DNA of 64,000 bases. Source: the human T2T-CHM13v2.0 reference genome, Homo sapiens. The position numbers and the translations under genes were made by a program. Below, in pieces: positions 1 to 14,969 of this stretch. Where the stretch lies: the NCBI RefSeq assembly GCF_009914755.1, contig NC_060926.1. The stretch is one strand, 5' to 3'. Below the pieces are notes generated by a model that had not been told where the DNA came from, ran no database searches, and worked only from the letters and a program-made list of their open reading frames with translations. Each line of letters begins with the position of its first letter. Position 1 is the stretch's first letter.

Positions 1-498
1 GCCTCCTACCTTCGTTTCAGATGTGGAAATTGAAGCTGTAATAAATGTTAAGTATCCTAAAAGCAGGACTCACATAGCAAATTCAAGGCACAACAAGGAT
101 TCTCAATCGTTGTGTGTTTGTGCTTTTTTCTAACAATTCCTGCCTACTGCCTTCCTGTGTTAAGATAGGGAGAAGAGGATTGTGGCAGATTCTGGTGTTT
201 TAGTGCCATATGCTCTCTTCATATGAATGCTATTAATCATCTGATTACAGTAAATTGATTTAAGTGCTGGTGAGATCAACATCTCCTGAAATTTATTAAT
301 CTATTTATTGAACACCTACTGCATACAATGTAGTACATTAGGTTCTTTTGGGGGAAAATGAAAAACAAAAAACAAAAAACAAAAAGCATATGCTCCTGAC
401 AGAGTATCTTATACTATAGTTAGGAAACCACATCTACATAAAATGATATTAGAAAACAGCATATGAAAACATATTTCCTTCATCCCATAGTAAGATGA

Positions 499-857
<359 letters not shown>

Positions 858-1752
858 TGACCCCTTAGAATGAGATCTATTTTGCTCGCAAAGTGGGATC
901 AAACCAGAATCCGTTTCTTCCACATTTTCTTGACATGCTTTGCATTTCATTTAGCAATTTCTTTGAGTTTCTCTTCCATGTTACATTTCTTCTTGACATA
1001 GAAACTAGATTTTCAATGGTAGACATTACTAGCCATTTTGAGCCAGACTTGACTATGTGGTTGGTTGGATTCCCACTGACAAGTATCATGGTGGGCACTC
1101 CGACACACCATTTCTCTAGCTGCTTCCATGTGAGTGCCTCCAGGCAGCCAGAGATTATTTTCTCTTCCCTTGCCTGCATCTGTTTACTCCTCCCCATTGG
1201 ATAGGGCCAGCTTGGGTGACAACATTCCACTGGACTGTAGCACAGTGCACGATCTATCAGCTCAATTGGGATTCTGCCTTTGGGGAAGTGCTTCCTTTCA
1301 GGGACTAGAGAGGTAAGAGAAACTAGTCCTGCCTGGTAGGAGACCTGGCTCCTTCTTCCCCCAATCCCCTTTGCCTGTTTTTGATGCTTTGGTTCTGCTC
1401 TTTGCTGGGTGAAGGAAGACAGCAGTGTTGGCTGCTTTAGTTTTGGGCTTCCCTACTATGGCACCATTTGGGGCAGCAGCCTAGATGGTGCTGTACTTGG
1501 TGGGGGACAACCCCTCACCCCCAAGCATTTTGCTGCTTCTCTCTGGCTGACGTGTTTCCCTTTTAATGTGTACTATAAAAGAAAAGAAGAGGAAGAAAGA
1601 GAGAGGAAGGGAGATGAGGGAGAGTGGGAAGGAGAAAAAATATTAATTTTTGTTCTTATGTGAAATTAACGTCTTACTTGCTTTGTGTCTCCTCTTACCC
1701 AAGTTGGCTGCAGTGATGCCCTCTCTGACACAGTAGGTCAGAGACCCTGAGG

Positions 1753-1761
1753 TTCGTTCGT

Positions 1762-1796
<35 letters not shown>

Positions 1797-1815
1797 CTCT
1801 CTCTCTTTCTCTCTT

Positions 1816-1850
<35 letters not shown>

Positions 1851-1867
1851 TTCTCTCTTTCTCTCTT

Positions 1868-1901
<34 letters not shown>

Positions 1902-1927
1902 GCTTTCTCGCTTTCTCTCTTTCTCTC

Positions 1928-1980
<53 letters not shown>
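1753..1980. repeat. (TTTC)n/(TC)n polypyrimidine microsatellite derived from an Alu tail
   Basis: ~230 bp of almost pure C/T abutting the Alu at 1981. Confidence 0.95.
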
Positions 1981-2260
<280 letters not shown>

Positions 2261-3186
2261 CTTCATCCTATTTTGATGTCAGAGACCACGTATGGATATA
2301 GTGCTGGATGCTTTATTTACCAACTTGAGCCTTTAATTTTGCCTCTGAAATGAATTATTTATTAGCAAATACATTAACATAACATTTTTCATTTGGAGGC
2401 ATGCTAAACTGTTGACCTTTTTCGTAAAGATTCTAAGGGGGCTTGAAAAGGAAAAACCTAGAAATTTATAAATACTGAATAGAGTGTCCATCCTTCTTCA
2501 CTTTGTTTCCTAGTAGCTCTTTCATCCTGTCACAAATTGGTTCAGCAGCAGAGGAGTTAATATGCACAAGCACTTTTCTTTGTCATAGGACGACATTCCA
2601 TTTGAGTCCTTTAAGGATGTGCTGGAAAGGGAGTGGGGAAGTTACACCGCAAATATTATCTTCCCCAGATGCAAACAAGTTTCTTTACTAGTAGAACTGG
2701 AAAATATGTGCCACTTGCTAATTTTTTACTTCTAAACTTTTGTTAGGCTGTTAAATTTGGTGAATAATACCATGAATTATTATTATAAAGATTAGCACAT
2801 CTATTTACAATAGAATATTTCAAACAGACAGAAAAGCATACAAAATAATATGACAAAAAATCATCTATCTACAATCCAGCCCTAAGTGCTAGATAGTATT
2901 TCATGTAATAAAATTTTGCCATATTTGCTTCAGATCTCCCTTTTTCCCTCCCTCCCCCTTTTGCCCTCTTCCTCCCTCCCTTTTTTCCCCTTTCCTCTGT
3001 TTCTTCCAAGTTAAAACCTTTTTTTCCTCAACAAGCCACCAGAAGTGCTGACAAAGTTAAAATCATATAGATGTAGTTAAAACCCCTGAAACCAATCTAT
3101 CTCATTCCTCTCTTGTGATCTGCAGGGTGACAACTACCCTGAATTTAGAGTTTTAATTCCTCTGTGTATTTTTATATTATTTAAAA

Positions 3187-3452
3187 TTTTTTTTAATAAG
3201 AGCTGGAGTCTTCCTGTGTTGCCCAGGGTGAAGGGCAGTGCCTATTCACAGGTGCAATCCACTATGATCAGCACAGGAGTTTTGACCTGCTCTGCTTCCC
3301 ACACAGGTGGGTTCACCTTTCCTTAGGCAACCAGGTAGCCCTCTGCTCCTGGGAGGTCACTATATGATGCCCAGAACTAGTGGGCTCAAGCAATCCTCCC
3401 GCCTCAGCCTCCCAAGTAGCTGGGTCTATAGGCACACACCACCACACCCAGC
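3187..3452 (-). pseudogene. 7SL (SRP RNA) processed pseudogene with internal deletion
   Basis: Reverse complement carries S-domain sequence absent from Alus (GTGACCTCCCAGGAG...GGTTGCCTAAGGAAAGGTGAACC...GAGCAGGTCAAAACTCCTGTGCTGATCA); A-tail; approximate TSD TATTTTT(T)ATATT at 3167 and 3453. Confidence 0.92.
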
Positions 3453-3579
3453 TATTTTTTATATTTATACTATATATGTATCCATAAGACATAAAGTTGA
3501 TTTGCAAGTTTTTCATCATTAAATGATATATTATGCGCTTTCTTCTTAATCTCTCACTCAACATGTATTAATACTCATC

Positions 3580-3873
3580 TTTTTTTTTTTTTTCTAAACA
3601 GTCTCACTCTGTTCACCAGGCTGGAGTGCAATGGTGTGATCATGACTCACTGAAGCCTTGACCTCCTGGGCTGAAGCAATCTTCCTGCCTCAGCCCTGCA
3701 AGTAGCTGGGCCTACGGGCACACGCCGCCATGCCTAGCTAATTTTTGTATTTTTTGTAGAAACAGGGTTTCACATGTTGCCCAGACTAGTCATGACCTCC
3801 TTAGCTCAAGTGAGCCACCTGTCTCAGCCTCCCAAAGTGCTGGGATTTCAGGTGTGAGCCACCATGGTTGGCC
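3580..3873 (-). mobile_element. AluJ
   Basis: J-type segment GATCATGACTCACTGAAGCCTTGACCTCCTGGGCT; TSD TAATAC(T/A)CATCTT. Confidence 0.92.
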
Positions 3874-3878
3874 CCTAA

Positions 3879-4204
<326 letters not shown>

Positions 4205-4537
4205 TAGTTTATTTAAAGTGCTAGATAGTATTTCATTGTATAAAAAGACCACAGTTTATTCATTCTTTTGTTGATAGATCTTTAAATTGTTTCCATTATT
4301 TTTCCCTTACAAACAATGCATGATAAATGTTTTTGTATGTGTCTCCTTGTGAGAGTTATATATCTAGGTGTGACATCACTGGGTTCTATCACAAGTCTTT
4401 GGAAGTAATTTTTATGTGGATAGTGCAACAATATGACTAGTTACTTAAAAGAAAAAAATTAAGTCAAGATAAGTGGCGGAAGACACAGAAATTCAGAAAT
4501 AGGATGTAAAATAGTAATGGAATAGTAGGTAAATTAG

Positions 4538-4849
<312 letters not shown>

Positions 4850-4868
4850 ACAATCCTATGCTTTTTTA

Positions 4869-5195
<327 letters not shown>

Positions 5196-5288
5196 TTAAT
5201 GAAAAGGTAATTCATCTTTTGAAAAAAAAAGTAGAGTGAACATACTGAACATCACAGATTTTCATCTACATTTAAGATGCTAGCTTTA

Positions 5289-5661
<373 letters not shown>

Positions 5662-5833
5662 TTACTTTCTCCTTTTGACCTCCATTCTCTCTACCTCTGT
5701 TATATGATATTGTGCATTATATTTGCTGTGGTTTGTTTATATCTCTCTCAGCAGGCTGAATGTGTTTTGAAGGTGGAGTTCATGTCTTATTCGTATCCCC
5801 AGGGTGTGGTGTGCAGTTGGTGGTTAAGTCTGA

Positions 5834-6216
<383 letters not shown>

Positions 6217-6243
6217 TGAAAGTTAGCTTAAAGTACAAAAAAC

Positions 6244-6536
6244 TTTTTTTTTTTCTTTTTTTGAGACAGTCTCATGCTCTGTCCTCCAGGCTGGAGTTCA
6301 GTGATCTTGGCTTACTGCAACCTCTGCCTCCTGGGTTCACGCCATTCTCCTGCCTCAGCCTCCTGAGTGGCTGGGACTACAGGTGTGCACCACCATGCCT
6401 GGCTAATTTTTTGTATTTTTAGTAGAGACAGGGTTTCACCATGTTAGCCAGGATGGCCTCGATCTCCTGACCTCGTGATCTGCCCGCCTCGGCCTCCCAA
6501 AGTGCTGGGATTACAGGCATGAGCCACCGTGCCCAG
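6244..6536 (-). mobile_element. AluY/Sc-like
   Basis: GTTCACGCCATTCTCC; GTTAGCCAGGATGG; GACCTCGTGATC. Confidence 0.9.
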
Positions 6537-6861
6537 TGAAAAAGCTTTGATCCTTTGTCTTCAATTGCACCTATGAAAAGGAAGTTTCGTATAAAAGCTG
6601 ATATAAATGGCTAATAAAGCAGAGAAATAGCTTAAAATTTGACTGTAGACATTTGCTATGTATGATTAATATGTATCAGTTTACAGTTAATTTTAGGAAA
6701 ACTTAAATTTTATAAATTGCCAAGAAATCACCCATGAAAAACTAATTTTCACTTAGCGGTTTAATTTTTTAACATTAGGATTTTTAAGTTTCGCTAGTCT
6801 TATCATCTGGGACACTGGAATTTTGTCTTGTTGGAATTGCTGATTAAACAAAATAATTCTT

Positions 6862-6930
6862 CAAAAGTGCTTAGCACAATGTTAGGTAAATAGTAAGCAC
6901 TAAGTAAACATTGGCTTTATTATTATTAGG
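6862..6930 (+). mobile_element. MIR fragment
   Basis: AAAGTGCTTAGCACAATG...TAGTAAGCACTAAGTAAAC..TATTATTATT. Confidence 0.65.
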
Positions 6931-8284
6931 TGGTCCTATACTATGATTCCTCCTATTTATATCACGTGTGTCTTGCTGCATATTTAAGGACGCTCCCATC
7001 TATATGTTTGGACTAGTGCAATAGTAAAGCTGCCAGCTCAGGTGAAGAAAACCATTTAAAAATTTAAAGTTAAGCACATGATGGAAAATTCTTGAATATG
7101 TGGTGAGTTAGGTATAAAAAATATAGGGGGATTGTATTGTTGAATACAAAAAAGCCATTAGACTATTTTAAGAATGCTCTCTTCTGTCATTAGGGCTTGG
7201 TTATGAATAGTATATCACATGCATGAAAGGAGGTGGTGGCTAGTTTCATTTCCCTAAAACATGTTTCAATGGTAAATTAGAGGCAGCTGTGGTTTACTGA
7301 CGCATAAACCCAGTGAGGTCTATGATAACTAGTATATATTTACAGTTTGACTCATGGTGCCTGTCAGGCTTTAATCATAGGGGAACAAGTGATAGTACTT
7401 AGACTTCACTGTTTAATCTTCCGTTCATTTGTTTTCCAAGTTTGTTTCAGTCTGTGGGCAGGTTCCCTTTTGATTGCAACATGCAGTCCCTATTTCTGCA
7501 ATTTATCTTCATTTGCCATTTTGAGAGGGCTATGAAAGTCCTATGATAAGCTCCTTGTTCTCCAAATCCATGCATATAAGTCTCATCGAGTTGGATGCAT
7601 TCTAAAGACATTTTGAAATCACATCAACACTTTCAGATCAGCAAGTTATTTCTTAATAAATTACTGTCTTAATGTTAGATGCTATTTTAAAAACACGAAA
7701 GAGAGCAGTTTCCAAATATGTGTTACTACTTCCAGGGAATTGTAAACTGGAGTGTTTAATTAAAAGAAGGCCCTAAATTTTTATTATGCTGTCACTGGAT
7801 ATTTGAATAACTAGCTGTAAATGAGTTCTAGTTGTACAAAAGTGATTTTCTAAATCCAGTTGTCCCTATTTCAAAATATAGTTCTAGTTCCTGGGTGAAA
7901 CTGAAAATGAAATGGCCATGTCTTTATAACTAAAACAAATTAGAGGGTTGCAGCAATAAAATGAACCCACAGAGGGGAAAAAAACCCTTTGAATCAGGTT
8001 TTTATTTTCTTCTCCTGAACTGATTGGGTAATTTACTCAACTAATTTTGTCTAGTCATTAGGAAGTTAATACTCCATTCTATAATTTCCTTCCACTCAAG
8101 TGAGCAATACTGGTGCATATAATTTGGATTAAGAACATTCCTCTACTCTTACAAATATTTGGATATATGCCTTGAATATGCTTCCTCATTTAGGCCACAG
8201 AAATTTATTCAAAGACAAATCAATCAAAGATAATAACATTAACTACTATTTATTAAGCATCTCCTTCATGACAAGACTTTTTCC

Positions 8285-9108
8285 CATATTGAGATATAAT
8301 TGACAATTGAAAATTGTACATATTTAAAGTGTACAACATGATGATTTGATATGCATATATATCCATGCATATATATCCATATCCATATCCATGCATATAT
8401 ATGGATATATATGCATATATATGCATATCAAATCATGTCGTACACTTTAAATATGTACATATTTCAATTATGCATATATATGCATATATCCATATCAAAT
8501 CATATATATATAATATGCATATATATCATATACATATCCATCACCTCACATAGTTACCATTTTCTTTTGTTCTCTCTTTCTTCCTTCCTTTCTTTCCCTT
8601 CTTTTTTATTTTTTGGTGGTGAGAACACTTAAGATCCACCCTCTTAGCAAATTTCAAGTATATAATATAGTGTTGCTAATTGTAGTCACATCGTTGTAGA
8701 ATACATCTCCAGAATTCATTCATTTGGATAACTGAAACTCTGTAACCCTTTTCCAATATCTCCCCATTCCTCTATCCCTCCAGCTCATGGCAACCAACAT
8801 TCCACTCTCTGCTGTTCTAAGTTTGACTACTTTAGTTTTTACATATAAGTGAAATCAACACAGTATTTGTTTTTCTGTGTCTCGCTTAGTTTACTTAGCT
8901 TAATGTTCTTCAGGTTCATTCATGTTGTAAATGACAGGATTTCCTTTTGTTTTGAAGGCTGCATAATATTCTGTTGTATATGTATACCATATTTTCTTCA
9001 TCCATTCATCTGTTGATGGACATTTAGGTTGTTTTCATATCTTGGCTATCATGAATAATGCTGCAATGAACGTAAGAGTAGAGATATCTCTTAGAAATCC
9101 TGATTTTC
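8285..9108 (-). mobile_element. L1MA/L1MB-type 3' end with TA-rich insertion
   Basis: TTGAGATATAATTGACA...CCTCACATAGTTACC...TTAGCAAATTTCAAGTAT...TCCATTCATCTGTTGATGGACATTTAGGTTG. Confidence 0.85.
8349..8540. repeat. TA/CATAT low-complexity repeat with inverted duplication
   Basis: Reiterated ATGCATATAT/ATCCAT units. Confidence 0.9.
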
Positions 9109-9109
9109 C

Positions 9110-9394
9110 TTTTTTTTTTCAGACAGTCTTGTCACCCAGGCTGAAGTGCAGTGGCATGATCTCGGCTCACTGCAACCTCCGCTTCTTGGGTTCAAGTGAT
9201 TCTCCTGCCTCAACCTCTGGAGTAACTGGGATTATAGGCATATGTCACCATGCCCGGCTAATTTTCTTATTTTTAATAGAGATGGGGTTTCATCATGTTG
9301 GCCAGGCTGGTCTGGAACTCCTGACCTCAGGTGATCTGCCCGCCTCGGCCTCCCACAGTGCTGGGATTACAGGTGTGAGCCACCGTGCCTGGCC
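9110..9394 (-). mobile_element. AluSx-like
   Basis: Antisense dimer. Confidence 0.93.
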
Positions 9395-9404
9395 TATTTG
9401 ATCA

Positions 9405-9844
<440 letters not shown>

Positions 9845-10289
9845 CCTGTGCTCCTTACTGTGCTCTCCTGCCTCTCAGTGCGAGATAAACAGAGTGGGCA
9901 AAATAGCCTATGATGTCATCATCCGCAAGGCCTGTTGCTACTGTGTGATGCCTGCTCCCTAGATGACCTCCTGGGGGGGTGAAGCGAGAGGAAATCTGGC
10001 ACCAAGCTGGTTGAGGGGCAGAGCGAGAATGTCTGGGCTTCCCCCACCCAGCTTGGAATGTGAGTGATGCAAATCATCTCATCGAAGGCTCAACTGCAGC
10101 CAGGAGACTCCTCCAGTGATGATGAGAGTGTACAAATGAAGTGCAGGAGCGGGGGAGCCTTCACACACCTCCAGCCCTTCCTGCTTCTTGAAATACTCAT
10201 ATCCTCTGGCAGAGACTAGCTACAGAAATCCATGTCCACTTACTCACAGCCTGAAAGAAACCCACACAGTGGACCAGGAAGGTTGTTGC

Positions 10290-10490
10290 ATGGTAATTAG
10301 AGCTACTATTGAATTTCTATTGTGCATCTTCTCAATTAGGCACAATTACCACATATAAGAAATGAGGAAATTAAGACTCAGAGGAATTAGGTGAATTGCC
10401 CAAGGTTATTACATAGCTTATACCTGGCCAACCAGGGTTTAAACATTGTTCTATATCCTAATCCAAGACCCATGTTCCTCTCACTACTCA
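10290..10490 (-). mobile_element. MIR
   Basis: ATGAGGAAATTAAGACTCAGAGG..TTGCCCAAGGT core. Confidence 0.75.
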
Positions 10491-10888
10491 GGTTTATTTC
10501 TTTCGCACAGGGATATTACAAAGTCATTATATTTCCTGACTATATTTTTGCTGCTGCTGTATGACCATCTCGTTTCTTGTCACTGACTTTATCCAAAAGC
10601 AAGAACATGGTATGGAATTTTGGGGGAAGCAGTTGAAATGAAGTGTTGGAATTTCAGAGCTTGCATTACTGGATTATGTGTGGATTGTTGTTTGTACTGC
10701 CTCTTTCTTCCTCCTGCTACCTCATATAGGTGCTTGATATCTGATTATTACAGTCTTTTTAGGGGTTCTTGAACATACTTGTAGAAAAGTGCTGGTTAAA
10801 ATCATAACAGGCAGACATTTGGGTTCTTATAGCCTTGCAATAAATGGAAGGAAGTAACTTTTGGGCTTATGAAAATGTATACTGCAAG

Positions 10889-10893
10889 GTTTT

Positions 10894-10949
<56 letters not shown>

Positions 10950-11042
10950 TTTCTTCCTTCCTTCCTTCTTCCTTCCTTCCTTTCTTCCTTTCTTCCTTCC
11001 TTCCTTCCTTTCTTCCTTTCTTCCCTTCTTTCTTTCTTTCTT
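10889..11042. repeat. (TTTC)n(TTCC)n microsatellite (Alu tail)
   Basis: Direct tetranucleotide repeats. Confidence 0.95.
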
Positions 11043-11291
11043 GAGACAGGGTCTCGCTCCATCACCCAGGCTGGAGTGCTCACTGCAAGGATCCTCCTGC
11101 CTCAGCCTCCCAAGTAGCTAGGACTACAGGCATAGCCACCATGCCTGGCTAACTTTTCTTATTTTTTGTTTTATGTAGAGACAGTATCTTGCTGTGTTGC
11201 CTAGGCTGGTCTCAAACTCCTGGCTTCAAGGGATGCCCCCACCTTGGTCTTCCAAAATTCTGAGATTATAGGCACGACCCACCATGCCCAG
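11043..11291 (-). mobile_element. AluJ with internal deletions
   Basis: GAGACAGGGTCTCGCTC...GGATCCTCCTGCCTCAGCC; J-type left arm. Confidence 0.88.
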
Positions 11292-11584
11292 TGGTTTTCT
11301 TAAAGTTCTCTGCAAGGTGTAGATAGTTTCATGAGTAAGATGATTAGTCAGTACAGTAGCAACATTAGGTAATTGGTTTTGCCATTTCGAGCTTGTAGCA
11401 AATTATCCATTCTTATATGACAAAGCCTATGGGACAACTGGAGGACTTGAACTGTTTCTCTTCAGTGCCCGTAAAGAAGGGACTGAAGCTTCATAAATCT
11501 AGTCCTTCACTCTCCTAGCTCTGATCCTGTCCTTTCTGTAAGTAATGATCATATTGCCTTCAGTAGGTGTTTGTCAAGTCTGTA

Positions 11585-11710
11585 TTTTGTTTTAGAGACA
11601 GGAGCTCGCTTTGCTGCCCAGGCTGGACTCGAACTCCTGGGCTCACTTTATCCTCCTGCCTCAGCCTCTCTGAGTAGCTGGGACTACAAGCACTGCCATG
11701 GAGACCAATT
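11585..11710 (-). mobile_element. FLAM_A-like Alu monomer
   Basis: Single monomer ending GGGACTACAAGCAC; TSD TTGTCAAG. Confidence 0.8.
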
Positions 11711-12207
11711 TGTCAAGCATTTTAATACCATCTCATCACTGTAATGATCAACACATGTGATCTAAAAATCTTTTACATGGCAGTGGAAAGGGCTTGAGCC
11801 ATCTCCGTATTAAAACCCAGGTGGTATCCTCATCCTTTAATCTTGAAATGTTGAAAGAGTTGATTAGCTGTCCTTGCTAGCTATCTCTAGGAAGGATAGC
11901 TAATAACTGTTTTGCTTTTGCTTTTGTGTGTGTGTGTGTATATATATTTATATGTATATATGTGTTTATATATATACAAAAGCAAAAGCAAGACAGTATT
12001 TGAAATTTGAAGACATTGATTCTCATAACCAGTCTATTTCAGGATTAAATCACATAACCACCAATCTCTGCCAACCCACTTTCCAGTAACCACCCCACCT
12101 CCAATTTCCTGTAAATAGCAAACACTCTGTAGTATTTCATCTACAGGGAGCACTGTTGAGTAGCTGGAGTAGTAACAGTATTTGCTTATTTTTTTACTTG
12201 AGAAGGC

Positions 12208-12344
12208 TTTTTGTTTGTTTTGAGATTGGTGTGTGTTGGGGGGGTCTCACTATGTTGCCCAAGCTGGATTTGAACCTCTGAGCTCAAACCTCCTGCCTCA
12301 GCCTCTTGAGTAACTGGGACTACAGATGCGTCACCACGTCTGGC
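12208..12344 (-). mobile_element. FLAM_A-like Alu monomer
   Basis: Single monomer; TSD TACTTGAGAAG at 12195 and 12345. Confidence 0.85.
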
Positions 12345-12838
12345 TACTTGAGAAGTTTTACAATTTTTATGTTTTAAAAGCAGGAAAAGAAAAAAATCTA
12401 GGACTTGTCTCTGTCATAACATCATCCATAAAAAGTGATTTTAAGATGAAGATTTCTCCTAGAGAGATACAAGCTGGTGGATCTAGCATTCAGCTCTCAC
12501 TTTCATTCAATATAGTTGTCATTTTAGACCCAAGCTTTCCCTAGAGATAGTGATTCCACCAGGGGAAGCAATATGTGAAGTTATTGCAAGAAACTTTTTG
12601 TGTGAAATTGTGACTGCTGCCAGAGATGTCATATGTTTTAGTTAACTTTCTTCCCAGGAACCAAGAAAATTTCCCAAGCCCCAGATAAATACAGCTGGAA
12701 TGCTATTCAGAAGTCAGTAGCATGGGGCTGAAGAGAGAGACTGAATTTTACACACTCCATTTGTTTCTGGTTGAGATAAACCCTCTGTTCTATTTTGCTT
12801 ACGGTAAAAATCCAATTCACTTTGAAAGTTGTAAAGCC

Positions 12839-13722
12839 CAAAGAACTCAAACAAATTTACAAGAAACAAACAACCCCATCAACAAGTGGCCGAAGGATAT
12901 GAACAGACACGTCTCAGAAGAAGGCATTTATGGAGCCAACAGACACATGAAAAAATGCTCATCATCACTGGCCATCAGAGAAATGCAAATCAAAACCACA
13001 ATGAGATACCATCTCACACCAGTTAGAATGGCGATCATTAATAAGTCAGGAAACAATAGGTGCTGGAGAGGATGTGGAGAAATAGGAACACTTTTACACT
13101 GTTGGTGGGACTGTAAACTAGTTCGACCATTGTGGAAGACAGTGTGGCGATTCCTCAGGGATCTAGAACTAGAAATTCCATTTGACCCAGCCATCCCATT
13201 ACTGGGTATATACCCAAATGACTATAAATCATGCTGCTATAAAGACACATGCACACTCATGTTTATTGCAGCACTACTCACAATAGCAAAGACTTGGAAC
13301 CAACCCAAATGTCCATCAATGATAGACTGGATTAAGAAAATGTGGCACATATACACCATGGAATACTATGCAGCCATAAAAAAGGATGAGTTAATGTCGT
13401 TTATAGGGACACGGATGAAGTTGGAAACCATCATTCTCAGCAAACTATCGCAAGGACAAACAACCAAACACCGTGTGTTCTCACTCATAGGTGGGAATTG
13501 AACAATGAGAACACTTGGGCACAGGAAGGGAAACATCACACACCGGGGCCTGTTGTGGGGTGGGGGGAGGGGGGAGGGATAGCATTAGGAGATATACCTA
13601 ATGTAAATGACGAGTTAATGGGGGCAGCACACCAACATGGCACATGTATGCATATGTAACAAACCTGCACGTTGTGCACATGTACCCTAAAACTTAAAGT
13701 ATAATAAAAAAATATTTTAAAA
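12839..13722 (+). mobile_element. 5'-truncated L1PA (L1PA3/4-like): ORF2 C-terminus, 3'UTR and A-tail
   Basis: Translates to ORF2p C-terminus including [18 protein letters not shown] and ...FSLIGGN*; 3'UTR TAATGTAAATGACGAG; TSD AAAGTTGTAAAGCC at 12825-12838 and 13723-13736. Confidence 0.97.
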
Positions 13723-14116
13723 AAAGTTGTAAAGCCTTATGCCATTGGAAAAAAATGATTAAGATTTCTGTCACTGCGATTACAATTTATACCATAATAA
13801 ATTTACCTAAGGGCGTGATGGCCTCTACTGGATTCCTTCCAGAGTTCTCCAAGGAATAAAAGCATGCAACTGACAATCTATAGGACATTCTGGTTCTGCC
13901 TGGTTCTTCTCATCCCATCAGCCTTAGAAACTATCTGCCCCCATGCCATTGATTAGCAACTCCGCATGTGTGCAGTGCAACAGTAATTAATGTTCCCCAT
14001 GTTGACGCTCAGGAACTACAATACCATGAAGTGCCCTTCAGAATTATCAAGGAGAAATTAAATTATGCTCAATACAGTCTTAGAGCAATTTCTCTCGTGA
14101 TTTAAAGCACCTCTAC

Positions 14117-14301
14117 AAGGAGGGGCTGGAGATGGCTGCTGCTGGCTTGTGCAAGCTGATTGTTAAATGGTAAGGAATTTTGCAAGCCAGATGTTAAACC
14201 TTTGAAATGGGCCATGGAGGGAGTATTTGCATCACAGAAATTGGTGTCTGCTAAAAATAAAGCCTCCTTCCCTCCAACAAACTGGTTTATCAGCACCATT
14301 G
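14117..14301 (+). mobile_element. MER63A-like hAT element
   Basis: GCTGATTGTTAAAT..GGAATTTTGCAAGCC..GGAGTATTTGCATCACAGAAATTGG..GGTTTATCAGCACCATTG. Confidence 0.7.
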
Positions 14302-14420
14302 TCTATATCTTTGAAACTGCATCATTCAATTAATACCTATTAGTTAGAACAGCATATCTCACTCTTGCTGGTCAGACATTTACTGATGAGTCTTGCTAGG
14401 TTGAAAAGCCAGTTCATACC

Positions 14421-14969
14421 TGGATTAGTTTCCTGTGGCTACTGTAACAAATCACCACAAACTTGGTAATGTAAAGCAATCTAAATGTATTCTTGCCTAG
14501 TCCTAGAGGCCAGAAGTCTAAATCACTGGGCTGAAATCCAGGTGTTGGCAAGGATGGGCTTCCTCCAGAGGCTCTGGGAGAGAAGCTGCTCATTGCCTTT
14601 TCCAGCTTTTGGTAGCTGCTGGCATTTCTTGGCTTGTGCCTTTGTCCCTAGAATCTTCAAGGCAAGCATGTTTCAAATGTCTGTCTTCTCTATCTTTGCT
14701 ATTTTCACCTTGCCTTTTCGTGTGTGTGTGTGCACACGTGTGTGCGTGTGTGGGTGTGGCGTGAAATCTTCCTGTGTCTTATGAGGTCATTCGTGATTGC
14801 ATTTTTTAGGGTCCACCCAAATAGTCCAGACAAGCTCCCCATTTTAAGAGTCTTAACTTACTCTTATCTACAAAGACCCCCCCTTTTCTTTCCCAATAAA
14901 GATAATTTTTACGGGTTCCAGGAAAATAACCTGGTATCTTTGGGAGGGCCATTTTTCAGCCTACCACAA
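14421..14969 (-). mobile_element. MLT1D-like MaLR solo LTR
   Basis: ATTAGTTTCCTGTGGCTACTGTAACAAATCACCACAAACTT...CAGCCTACCACA. Confidence 0.85.

Noticed and set aside
877-1316. Overlapping 103-117 aa ORFs and a GAG|GTAAGA donor at ~1311
   Set aside because: No recognisable protein and no clear acceptor; consistent with chance
13557-13578. G-quadruplex-like G-run
   Set aside because: Standard L1PA 3'UTR feature
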